64,000 nucleotides of DNA from Candidatus Latescibacterota bacterium. GTDB taxonomy: Bacteria > Latescibacterota > UBA2968. The position numbers and the translations under genes are program-made. This document shows positions 37,941 to 46,894 of the stretch, piece after piece. The stretch is from NCBI GenBank assembly GCA_965208125.1, contig OZ242320.1, forward strand, positions 1,184,001 to 1,248,000. Reading direction: 5' to 3'. Under the pieces are notes generated by a model. That model did not search any database, was not told the DNA's origin, and saw only the letters and a list, made by a program, of their open reading frames with translations. Every line of letters begins with the position of its first letter. Positions within the stretch are counted from its first letter, which is position 1.

Positions 37941-38564
37941 ATGGGCTGGGCACTATTTGAACAGGGTGGTCTCATCATGTATCCTCTGACTTTGTGCTCA
38001 GTACTGGCTTTGGGCATTGCAATTGAGCGCGGGTTTGCACTGCGCCGTCGCGCCATCATTCGGCCCGAGATTGTCAGTGTAATCGACAATATTCAAGGAC
38101 CAGAAGACATTGGGTTGGCCCTGAGCGTCTGTCGGCAGCACAAAGGTCCTTTCTCTGCGGTGATGCGTGCGGGATTAGACAATCGACATTTGTCCTTAGA
38201 AGAAATCCGAGAAAGTATTCTGGATCAGGGCCGTCAGGAGATGGGGATATTGCAAAAGGGACTGGTAGTTCTGGAAACCGTAGCGGGAGTTTCGCCGCTT
38301 TTGGGACTTTTGGGCACTGTTCTGGGCATGATTAAAGTTTTTCAACAGGTTTCAGAAGTGGGCGTAGGACAGGCCAATCTCCTGGCGGGGGGCATTTCCG
38401 AAGCGATTCTAACGACTGCCGCCGGACTTTTTATTGCAATTCCATCACTTGTATTTTACAATCTATACAGCAGTCGGGCAGAAAGCCTGATTTTGGAAAT
38501 TGAGAAATACGCCAACACCCTGCTAAAAAAACTCCGGGGGTTTCAAGGCTCCGAAGGTGGATAG
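37941..38564 (+). CDS. exbB: MotA/TolQ/ExbB proton channel
   Basis: GG.IMYPL, PLLGLLGTVLGMI, GISEAILTTAAGL.IAIP. Confidence 0.9.
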   Translation: MGWALFEQGGLIMYPLTLCSVLALGIAIERGFALRRRAIIRPEIVSVIDNIQGPEDIGLALSVCRQHKGPFSAVMRAGLDNRHLSLEEIRESILDQGRQEMGILQKGLVVLETVAGVSPLLGLLGTVLGMIKVFQQVSEVGVGQANLLAGGISEAILTTAAGLFIAIPSLVFYNLYSSRAESLILEIEKYANTLLKKLRGFQGSEGG

Positions 38565-38566
38565 CG

Positions 38567-38977
38567 ATGCGATTGCAAATGCCCGGCAAACGCCGCCCGG
38601 CCATCAATGTGACCTCTTTGATCGACGTCCTGTTTTTATTGCTCACATTTTTTCTCGTAACCACGCAATTTGTCGATCAATCTGCGCTCAAAGTCGAACT
38701 GCCCGCCATGGCACACGCGGAAAAAACGCAGCACGCGAGACGTTATATTCTCAACATATCGGCAGATGGTCAAATGGCATTAGATGGTCAGATCGTCGAT
38801 CAACCGACATTGCGTGAATTATTAAAACAACACGCGGCGGACATCGATGAAAGCGGGGGCCTGATTTTGCGGGCAGACCGCCAATTGTCTTATGGCGATG
38901 TAATGTCGATTCTGGACCTCGTCAGAGGTGTGGGAATCAGACGGATCACCAATGCCACAGCGGAAACCGATAAATAG
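38567..38977 (+). CDS. exbD: ExbD/TolR biopolymer transport protein
   Basis: INVTSLIDVLFLLL.FF, LRAD..L.YG.V..ILD. Confidence 0.9.
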   Translation: MRLQMPGKRRPAINVTSLIDVLFLLLTFFLVTTQFVDQSALKVELPAMAHAEKTQHARRYILNISADGQMALDGQIVDQPTLRELLKQHAADIDESGGLILRADRQLSYGDVMSILDLVRGVGIRRITNATAETDK

Positions 38978-39003
38978 CGGTTTCTGTCTCAGAGGTCGGA
39001 ACA

Positions 39004-39612
39004 ATGCGCGATTCCAAATCGTCCAATTTTTCACACATTGAAGATATCCAAATCGTCGCCCGGGTCTTAGAAGGCAACACAGAGGCTTTTTCTGTGCTGG
39101 TACAGCGACACCATGAACGCGTGTACAATACGGTTTACAGCTTCATTGGCGATCTCGACGAAGCCGACGATTTGGCGCAAGAAGCATTTCTCAAAGCATT
39201 TCGCGCCCTGAATCGATTTCGGGGACAATCGCTATTTTCAACATGGGTACACCGCATCGCTGTCAATTGCTGCTTAGACCATCTCAAATCCAGACATCGG
39301 CGCAGCTTTGTTTCTCTGGATGAACATCGAGAAAATTGGGACACATCGCGCATCTGGACGGACCAGCCCCAAAGTGCAGATGTGCGCGTTGAACGGCGGG
39401 AGCTTCAAGAAATTCTCGAACGCGCCCTGGACGATCTATCGGAAGAATATCGCGTGACCTTCGTTTTGAGAGAAATTGAAGGCCTGGCCTATGAAGAAAT
39501 TGCCGAATTGCTCAAATGCTCGATAGGAACTGTTAAATCTCGCCTGTTTCGCGGGCGGACAAAGCTCCGCGAAATTTTGCAAGTGCAATACGACAACTGG
39601 ATCGAGGCGTAA
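39004..39612 (+). CDS. ECF sigma-70 factor (RpoE-like)
   Basis: DLAQEAFLKA, FSTWVHRIAVN, YEEIAELL..SIGTVKSRLFRGR. Confidence 0.92.
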   Translation: MRDSKSSNFSHIEDIQIVARVLEGNTEAFSVLVQRHHERVYNTVYSFIGDLDEADDLAQEAFLKAFRALNRFRGQSLFSTWVHRIAVNCCLDHLKSRHRRSFVSLDEHRENWDTSRIWTDQPQSADVRVERRELQEILERALDDLSEEYRVTFVLREIEGLAYEEIAELLKCSIGTVKSRLFRGRTKLREILQVQYDNWIEA

Positions 39613-39614
39613 AT

Positions 39615-40088
39615 ATGGACGCAGATAATACCATTGATATCAACCGCGAATTGTTGTCGGCTTATCTCGACGATGCGCTTACAGAAGCAGAACGGACCAG
39701 AGTTGAGAAGCTATTGCGCGTATCCGACAGTCTCAGGCGTGAACTGGCCGAGATGGTGCGGGTGCGACAGCTATTTGCTGCCTGGTCTCCACCTGCACCC
39801 GATCGTTTTTTTGTGCGGCGTGTAGATATAAAAGTCCGGGAGGAAATGGCGCGAATGAAGAACAGATGGGGGCTTCAAAAATTCGCCACTGCCGCAATAC
39901 TGCTGATTTCTATTGGCTCTCTGGCATTCTTAACCCAACGTCTGGAAAGAACTGTTGAACCTGTCACGCTGGATGCTTTCTTGCAAAGTTCGCTCGACCG
40001 CGAGGTTCGAGAAGTTGTGAGTTTGACCGAAGATGATTTCTCCAAAGACCGCGTACTCGACCTCGTCTTATCAGACAACACGCGTTAG
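39615..40088 (+). CDS. Anti-sigma factor (membrane-anchored; lacks the zinc-binding HxxxCxxC)
   Basis: ELLSAYLDD.L...E...VE..L N-domain, one TM helix, located directly after the ECF gene. Confidence 0.78.
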   Translation: MDADNTIDINRELLSAYLDDALTEAERTRVEKLLRVSDSLRRELAEMVRVRQLFAAWSPPAPDRFFVRRVDIKVREEMARMKNRWGLQKFATAAILLISIGSLAFLTQRLERTVEPVTLDAFLQSSLDREVREVVSLTEDDFSKDRVLDLVLSDNTR

Positions 40089-40100
40089 AAGGTTTTTGTT

Positions 40101-40487
40101 ATGTTTATCTCGCGTTTTCGCTTTATATGCCTGCTCATCTTGTGTTTATTACTCGGCGCAGTGATAGGGACCGTTTACGAAAGTCTCGCGTCTGGTGATT
40201 CTGAAAAAAGGCGGGGGCGCCTGTCTGAAATGGTGGCAAAGCTCGACCTGTCAGATGAACAGAAAGCGCAACTGGACACCATCCTTGAGGAAGGGCGCAA
40301 ATGCATGGTCGATATCAACACGACCTATCGCGCTGAATTTGGAAAAGTGAGAAACACGACCCGCGCTCAAATTCAGAAAATTTTGACGCCTGATCAGCAA
40401 AAACAGTTTGATGAGATGATAGCTGAACAAGATGCCCGTCGGCGTCATCAGCGCAAAAGCAGGACCCCCGGCAATCAGGCCGAGTGA
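40101..40487 (+). CDS. Spy/CpxP-like periplasmic helical protein
   Basis: LDLSDEQKAQ and ILTPDQQKQF (LTxxQ motifs), N-terminal TM/signal. Confidence 0.72.
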   Translation: MFISRFRFICLLILCLLLGAVIGTVYESLASGDSEKRRGRLSEMVAKLDLSDEQKAQLDTILEEGRKCMVDINTTYRAEFGKVRNTTRAQIQKILTPDQQKQFDEMIAEQDARRRHQRKSRTPGNQAE

Positions 40488-40557
40488 TAAAAAGAATTTT
40501 GTAAAAAAATAAGTGAGTAATTATTTACTTTCTTTAAAGATTTGAGAGGACGGAAGA

Positions 40558-42243
40558 ATGACAAAAAAAATAGCTAATTGCCGATGGTTCGTGCTGCTTT
40601 TTCTCGCGCTCTTTGCCTGTGGCGAAGAAGAAGCACAACAGGCAGAGGGCGGACGTGCTGGACGCGGCGGACGTGCTGGACGCGGTGGTGGTGCTGCGGC
40701 ACCCGTCAAGGTCGAGACTGTACAACGAGGGGATATTTCTGCATATATTCTCAAAAACACGACACTCGAAGCCGAAAGATGGGTTGACGTTCGAGCGCGC
40801 AGAGCCGGGCAGGTCATCGCATTACTAAAAGAAGAAGGCGACCCCGTACGCGCGGGTACCATCATGGCGCGGCTCGACGCCGACGCTGCCCAAATTAGTG
40901 TTGCACAGCGAGAAGTTGCGCATCTTGAAGCCAAACAGCGATATGAACGCGAAGATGCCTTATTTCAACGCAATCTGGGTAGCAAGCAGTCTTATGAAAA
41001 TGCCAAGACCCAATTCGAATCGTCCAAAGCGCAACTCGAACAGGCCAAACTCGATTTGAGTTACACGGCGATTAGATCACCCATTGAAGGCATTATGACG
41101 CTGAGAAATATCGAGGTCGGCAACATGGTCACCAACAATCAGGTGGTCGCCTCTGTAGCCAAATTCGATCCCCTGCTTGCGCGCATTCAGGTAACCGAAA
41201 AGGACTTTGGTAAAATCACCATAGGACAGATAGCACGCGTTACGGTTGAAGCTGCACCTGAAAAAGAATTTACGGGCACAGTCAAAATGATCAGCCCCGT
41301 GGTGGATCCCGAAAGCGGCACGGTCAAAGTAACCGTCGAGATCCCCCGAACAGATAAAACTCTGTTGCGGCCCGGGATGTTTGCCTCGGTTTATATTATC
41401 ACGGAAACGCGAAGAAACACCCTGGTTATTCCGAAAAAGGCCCTCGTACTCGAAGGAGAAGGCAACCAGGTATTCACCTTTGAAACCGACCCCGAAAGCG
41501 GGCGCGGGCAGGCACAACGCAGACGCATTGAAATTGGCTTTACAGACAGTGACCGTTTAGAGATTCTCTCGGGCCTTTCCTCGGGAGAGCAAGTCATTAC
41601 CGTAGGGCAGGAAGGATTGCGGCCCGGTTCTCCCGTGCGCCTCGTAGGCGAGGCAGCACCTCCCGCATTTGCCGGACGCGGTGGACAGGGACGCGCTGGA
41701 CGCGGACAGATGGGACAAGGTGGACAGGGCAGGCAGGGACGTGGACAAATGGGTGAAGGTGGACAGGGTAGGCAGGGACGCGGACAAATGGGACAGGGAG
41801 AAGGACGCGCTGGACGTGGACAGATGGGGCAAGGCGGACAGGGCAGGCAGGGACGTGGACAGATGGGACAAGGAGAAGGACGCGCTGGACGCGGGCAAAT
41901 GGGACAGGGCGGACAAGGTGGACAGGGCAGAGGATTTGCAGGTGGTGATGGACAAGGCAGGCAGGGACGCGGACAGATGGGGCAAGGAGAAGGACGCGCT
42001 GGACGCGGGCAAATGGGACAGGGCGGACAACGAGGTGGCGGTTTTGCCGGTGGGCAAGGCGGCGGTGATCCCACAGATCGCATAAAACGCATGATCGAGC
42101 GCTTCCCCGAAGTCAAAGCCGAATACGAAAAGCGCGTAAAAGACGACTCCGAACTCGCAACAAATATGGAAAAACTCCGCGCTTTTATAGCTGAGATGCA
42201 AGAAAAAGGATTGATGCCATCACGAGGCAGACGAGGTAATTAA
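40558..42243 (+). CDS. RND efflux periplasmic adaptor lipoprotein with Gly/Arg/Gln low-complexity extensions
   Basis: LFAC lipobox, IRSPIEG, ISPVVDPESGTVKV, LRPGMFA; GRGQMGQG repeats near the C-terminus. Confidence 0.9.
   Translation: MTKKIANCRWFVLLFLALFACGEEEAQQAEGGRAGRGGRAGRGGGAAAPVKVETVQRGDISAYILKNTTLEAERWVDVRARRAGQVIALLKEEGDPVRAGTIMARLDADAAQISVAQREVAHLEAKQRYEREDALFQRNLGSKQSYENAKTQFESSKAQLEQAKLDLSYTAIRSPIEGIMTLRNIEVGNMVTNNQVVASVAKFDPLLARIQVTEKDFGKITIGQIARVTVEAAPEKEFTGTVKMISPVVDPESGTVKVTVEIPRTDKTLLRPGMFASVYIITETRRNTLVIPKKALVLEGEGNQVFTFETDPESGRGQAQRRRIEIGFTDSDRLEILSGLSSGEQVITVGQEGLRPGSPVRLVGEAAPPAFAGRGGQGRAGRGQMGQGGQGRQGRGQMGEGGQGRQGRGQMGQGEGRAGRGQMGQGGQGRQGRGQMGQGEGRAGRGQMGQGGQGGQGRGFAGGDGQGRQGRGQMGQGEGRAGRGQMGQGGQRGGGFAGGQGGGDPTDRIKRMIERFPEVKAEYEKRVKDDSELATNMEKLRAFIAEMQEKGLMPSRGRRGN
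41671..42066 (+). repeat. Intragenic tandem repeats encoding GRGQMGQG(GQGRQ/EGRA)
   Basis: Seven GRGQMG units with ggacg(c/t)gg(a/g)ca(g/a)atggg DNA repeats. Confidence 0.88.
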
Positions 42244-42248
42244 AATCT

Positions 42249-45200
42249 ATGAAACTCATTGAATTTTCGACCCGGCGACGAGTAACAGTAACGATGTTTG
42301 TGGCTGCGGCAGTGCTATTCGGCATGGTGGCTTTTCAACGCCTATCGATTAACCTGCTCCCCGACATCACCTATCCCACCCTGACGGTACGCACAGAATA
42401 CGAAGGCACAGCACCCTCAGAGATGGAACGCTTAATCACCGAACCGATTGAGGGATCTGTGGGTGTGGTAAACGGAGTTATCCGGGTAACCTCGGCCTCG
42501 CGTCCTGGCATATCGGATGTGGTTGTGGAATTCGCCTGGGGCACGGACATGGATTTTGCTTCACTCGATATTCGGGAAAAGCTCGATCAAGTGCGCCTGC
42601 CACAGGACGTGAGAAAACCCGTATTGCTGAGATTTGATCCTTCGCTCGACCCAATCATGCGCATCGGTCTCTACGGCGAAGAAAGTTTGATTTCGTTGCG
42701 TCTCCTGGCCGAAGAAGAAATCAAGCCTGAGTTGGAAAGCCTCGAGGGAGTCGCATCTGTGCGCGTCAATGGCGGTCTGGAAGAAGAAATACAAGTTGAG
42801 ATCGACCAACCCAAACTGGCTGTATTGCGCATTCCACTCGCTCAGGTCGTCAACCGCTTAGCCCAGGAAAATGTGAACTTAACGGGCGGAGAACTCAAAG
42901 ATGGCGAAGCGGAATACCTGGTTCGCACATTCAACGAATTTAAAACAATAGAAGAAATTCAGGATATTGTGGTGGGCCAGCGTCAGGGCACAGTTATCAC
43001 ATTAGCCGATGTAGGACTGGTGACCCGAGGACATCGCGAACGCACGGTAATCACGCGTATTGACGGGCAAGAAAGCGTCGAACTGGCCATATATAAAGAG
43101 GGCGACGCCAACACGGTAACAGTTGCACAAGCCGTTAAAGAAGCCATCGCGCAATTCCGCCGCACATCCGGCGATTTGCTCGGTAATTCGCGTATGGAGG
43201 TCGTCTCCGATCAATCGACATTCATTCGAGACTCGGTCTCCGAGGTCCTCAACACCGCTATTTTGGGCGGTTTTTTGGCCATCATCGTTCTCTACCTATT
43301 TTTGCAAAGCCCCAAAAGCACGGGCATCATCAGCGTATCTATTCCCATTTCAGTTGTTGCCACATTTTTCCTCATGTACGCATCGGATGTGAGTCTCAAC
43401 ATCATGTCATTGGGTGGACTCGCCCTTGGAATAGGCATGCTGGTTGACAACTCCATCGTCGTACTCGAAAGCGTACAGCGTTACCAGGAAAGCGGCATGA
43501 GTCCGCGTGAAGCCACCAACAAAGGGGGGTCTGAAGTGGGGCAGGCTGTGGTGGCATCTACAATGACGACAATATGTGTATTTGTCCCCATTGTCTTTGT
43601 AGAAGGCATTGCCGGACAGCTCTTCCGGGATCAGGCACTCACCGTGACCTATTCGCTCGTCGCTTCCCTCCTCGTCGCACTCACAGTTATTCCCATGCTG
43701 GCATCGTTGGAATTTTCATGGATCGGCGAATTTGCCGCCGTAGAGCAGCGAAAAAAGGAAAGCGGACACAAGGGTGGTGTAGAAGCACCAGCCCGTGCTA
43801 TGGGATTGTTGGGCACAGTTATAGGATGGATTGGACGTGGTATTCTGGCCTGTCTGGCACCCTTATTCTGGCTTTTCGACAGAGTGATTGGGCGAGCTTA
43901 TCTCATCTATCCGCACATTATCAGGTGGGCACTCAGGCATCGCCTGTATGTAATTGGGCTGGCAATAGCCCTCCTGGGCGGCACTATAACACTTGGCAAT
44001 AGACTGGGCAGTGAACTGATCCCCGAAATGAGTCAGGGAGCGTTCTCTATTGCAGTCGAGATGCCGCTGGGCACACCCCTTGCCGCCACCACACAAACCA
44101 TTCAAGCCATTGAGAGGATTGTGCGCAGTCAACCCGAAGTGCGCCTGGTGTACAGCATTGTCGGCACGCAATCCGCATCTGGAGGTAGCGGTGGAGAAGA
44201 AAGGGAAAATGTAGGCGAAGTCAATGTCGTACTCCACGAGGGCATTATTCGGGATCGCGAAATTGCCGTGATGGATCGCCTGCGCCAGATGATCCTGGAA
44301 ATTCCCGCCGTGGATACAAAATTTGCCCGCCCATCGCTATTTTCTTCCCGCACGCCAATCGAAGTAGAAGTCGCCGGTTATAATTTGCAGTCGCTACAGA
44401 TGATCGCCGGGGAAATGATGGCGCGCATGCAAACCATTCCGGGACTGACAGATATTAAAACCACGAGCGAGGGCGGTACACCCGAAGTGCAAATTCGGTT
44501 TGACCGCAAGCGCGTGGCGCAAATGGGCACGACGATTAATGCCATTGGCGAGATTATCCGCAATCAGGTTCAAGGGGAGGTCGCCACACAATTTACCCGA
44601 GGAGATCGGCGGGTCGATATTCGCGTTCGCGCCGAGGAGGAACATCGAAGTACAGTAGATGATCTGAGGCGATTGATCATCAGCCCCAACAATGCCCCAT
44701 CGCCAGTTCCTTTGAGTGTGGTCGCCGATTTACAGGTGGAAATGGGACCTGCTGAAATTCGCAGAATTGACCAGGAGCGCGTGGCATTGATTTCAGCCAA
44801 CCTGGTGGGACGAAGTCTGAGTGCTGTCGTCGCAGACCTCGAACGCGAAATCGATCGGATGGAATTGCCCGCCGATTTTGCAATCAAAGTGGGTGGACAA
44901 AATGAAGAGCAACAGCGGTCGTTTGAAAGTATGCAATTGGCGATTGGATTGGCGATCTTTCTCGTTTATCTGGTCATGGCATCGCAGTTTGAATCGCTCG
45001 TTCATCCCTTCGTGATCATGTTTGCCATCCCTTTTGCGCTGGTAGGTGTTTTTGCCCTGCTCCTCATTACCGGGCAGACCATCAGTGTGGTCGTGCTCAT
45101 CGGTTTGATTATGCTCGCCGGCATTGTCGTCAACAATGCCATCGTGCTCATCGATTATATCAACACGCTTCGCCGAGATGAGGGCATGCCCAAAATGGAA

Positions 45201-45524
45201 GCGATTGCACAAGGGGGCAGAGTGCGTCTGCGTCCCATTTTGATGACCACCTCGACAACCGTGCTCGGTTTGTTGCCCATGGCACTGGGCATTTTCAATT
45301 TCCAGCCCCTTGTCAAAAGCATCGAAGGTGCGCTGGACGGCATATTGTCCGGGCAGGTATTCATCGCAGTCATGACTGTGGTGGGTATGATATTCCCTGT
45401 GGGACAGGGCGCTGAGATACGCGCGCCTATGGCCATTACCGTTATTGGTGGCCTGGTCGTATCAACACTGGTAACCCTGGTACTGATCCCAACGCTATAT
45501 TCGCTAACCGACCGCAAGGAATAA
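42249..45524 (+). CDS. AcrB/AcrD/AcrF-family RND transporter
   Basis: LLPDITYP, GMLVDNSIVVLE, GIVVNNAIVLID, RLRPILMTT. Confidence 0.93.
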   Translation: MKLIEFSTRRRVTVTMFVAAAVLFGMVAFQRLSINLLPDITYPTLTVRTEYEGTAPSEMERLITEPIEGSVGVVNGVIRVTSASRPGISDVVVEFAWGTDMDFASLDIREKLDQVRLPQDVRKPVLLRFDPSLDPIMRIGLYGEESLISLRLLAEEEIKPELESLEGVASVRVNGGLEEEIQVEIDQPKLAVLRIPLAQVVNRLAQENVNLTGGELKDGEAEYLVRTFNEFKTIEEIQDIVVGQRQGTVITLADVGLVTRGHRERTVITRIDGQESVELAIYKEGDANTVTVAQAVKEAIAQFRRTSGDLLGNSRMEVVSDQSTFIRDSVSEVLNTAILGGFLAIIVLYLFLQSPKSTGIISVSIPISVVATFFLMYASDVSLNIMSLGGLALGIGMLVDNSIVVLESVQRYQESGMSPREATNKGGSEVGQAVVASTMTTICVFVPIVFVEGIAGQLFRDQALTVTYSLVASLLVALTVIPMLASLEFSWIGEFAAVEQRKKESGHKGGVEAPARAMGLLGTVIGWIGRGILACLAPLFWLFDRVIGRAYLIYPHIIRWALRHRLYVIGLAIALLGGTITLGNRLGSELIPEMSQGAFSIAVEMPLGTPLAATTQTIQAIERIVRSQPEVRLVYSIVGTQSASGGSGGEERENVGEVNVVLHEGIIRDREIAVMDRLRQMILEIPAVDTKFARPSLFSSRTPIEVEVAGYNLQSLQMIAGEMMARMQTIPGLTDIKTTSEGGTPEVQIRFDRKRVAQMGTTINAIGEIIRNQVQGEVATQFTRGDRRVDIRVRAEEEHRSTVDDLRRLIISPNNAPSPVPLSVVADLQVEMGPAEIRRIDQERVALISANLVGRSLSAVVADLEREIDRMELPADFAIKVGGQNEEQQRSFESMQLAIGLAIFLVYLVMASQFESLVHPFVIMFAIPFALVGVFALLLITGQTISVVVLIGLIMLAGIVVNNAIVLIDYINTLRRDEGMPKMEAIAQGGRVRLRPILMTTSTTVLGLLPMALGIFNFQPLVKSIEGALDGILSGQVFIAVMTVVGMIFPVGQGAEIRAPMAITVIGGLVVSTLVTLVLIPTLYSLTDRKE

Positions 45525-45525
45525 C

Positions 45526-46347
45526 ATGGAGCAGAGCCGAAATGAAGCGTTTGTCGAATCGCTTCAGAACTATTCGCTTTCGGAACTCGAAGATATTTAT
45601 TCACATCTGGATCGCGACCTGTTTCCAGAGCGATTCGATCAAGTCAGAGACGAAATTGAAGCGCGCTTAAAGGACTTTGATTCAAACGCTACGGGCATAA
45701 GTACACTAATTGAGCCACCCGGGTTTTTGAGACGCATTGCGTCGAGTGCGATTGATTTCTCCATGCAAGTGCTCGTTCCCTTTTTAATTTTTTTTCTACT
45801 CAAAAGCGTTCTTTTTCCAACCACCCCAACCGCAGGTGCTGGCGGCGGTGGACGCGGTGGCGGTGGACGCGGTGGACGTGGCGGGCGAGGTGGCGGTGGC
45901 GGAAATCAATCCGATGATCTCTGGTCAGACATCACGGGTTTTGTGGGAAGTGCGAAGGACATCGCTGTCGGATTGATTGAAGGGGATCCCGCAGTGCAGA
46001 GCAGGGCGATGCTTATCTGGAACGATTTTGGCATCATCCTGGTCATTTTACTCATTTTCCGGGTCTTCCTGACGCTATCGGGGTGGGCGCGTTCTGGGTT
46101 TACCCCTGGAATGCGCGAATTGGGCATTCGAGTTGAGCGCGTTGGAGGCGGTGTTCCAACCTGGTCACAAGCGGTGGGCAGATTTGTTCTACAGCCTCTG
46201 CTTTTTATCGCGACACTGGGTCTCAGTGGATTCTGGGCGCTATGGGATCGCGACAGTCGGGCACTTCACGATAAAATTCTCGGCACAAGGCTCGTTCGCA
46301 TGGTGCGTACCTGGGAAAAAACCGAAACCGAGAGAAGATTTGAATAG
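45526..46347 (+). CDS. RDD-family membrane protein with an RGG-rich loop
   Basis: GFLRRIAS..ID, G.TPG...LGIRV, R.LHDKI.GT.LV; GGGGRGGGGRGGRGGRGGGGG insert. Confidence 0.78.
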   Translation: MEQSRNEAFVESLQNYSLSELEDIYSHLDRDLFPERFDQVRDEIEARLKDFDSNATGISTLIEPPGFLRRIASSAIDFSMQVLVPFLIFFLLKSVLFPTTPTAGAGGGGRGGGGRGGRGGRGGGGGNQSDDLWSDITGFVGSAKDIAVGLIEGDPAVQSRAMLIWNDFGIILVILLIFRVFLTLSGWARSGFTPGMRELGIRVERVGGGVPTWSQAVGRFVLQPLLFIATLGLSGFWALWDRDSRALHDKILGTRLVRMVRTWEKTETERRFE

Positions 46348-46426
46348 AATATACCAATTATCCGAAACTTTTGGTCATGTGCTCTCGTCTAAACCCTCGA
46401 AAATATTTAAAAGAGGAGTAAGTATT

Positions 46427-46864
46427 ATGTACAGGCGGATGTATAAAGTGTGTTGTGTCGTGCTGGCAACCGCATTTTTTCTGGGGTGTTTGGCCCCTGT
46501 TGCCGAAGCGCGGTCTTTTTTTACTGCACGGCGCACATTTGGTATCTTGTTTCTCGGTGGCAGTGCTTATATGGCCAAGCGCGCCATTGATTACAAGCGC
46601 GATGCAAACGACAATTACGAAGCTTACAAGGCGGCGACAGATACACGGGAAGCCGAACGGCTTTTTAACCGCACAAGTGATCGAGATACCAAGAGCCAGA
46701 TGAGTATTGGATTTTCCGCAATTTTGTTGATCAGTGGTTTGCGTTTGCTCATGCACAGCGGCGTGGATGATAAAATGCCCAAAATTGATCGACGAATCAA
46801 AATTAATCTCAACAGTGATATTCGCAAAAAGTCTGTTGGGATTGTATTAAAGAAAAAATTTTAA
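46427..46864 (+). CDS. Hypothetical secreted/membrane protein
   Basis: AGAGGAG RBS before the ATG at 46427; signal peptide ending AEA; two hydrophobic segments. Confidence 0.65.
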   Translation: MYRRMYKVCCVVLATAFFLGCLAPVAEARSFFTARRTFGILFLGGSAYMAKRAIDYKRDANDNYEAYKAATDTREAERLFNRTSDRDTKSQMSIGFSAILLISGLRLLMHSGVDDKMPKIDRRIKINLNSDIRKKSVGIVLKKKF

Positions 46865-46894
46865 TCATCAATAATGGGCCATGAGGAGATTGTT

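Noticed and set aside
41391-42116. Cys/Pro-rich PCPPCP ORF that looks like a metallothionein or keratin-associated protein
   Set aside because: It is the reverse complement of the GRGQMGQG repeats inside the RND adaptor; no independent evidence.
46133-46426. N-terminal extension of the 243-aa ORF
   Set aside because: It overlaps the RDD gene; a strong RBS and a signal peptide point to the ATG at 46427.
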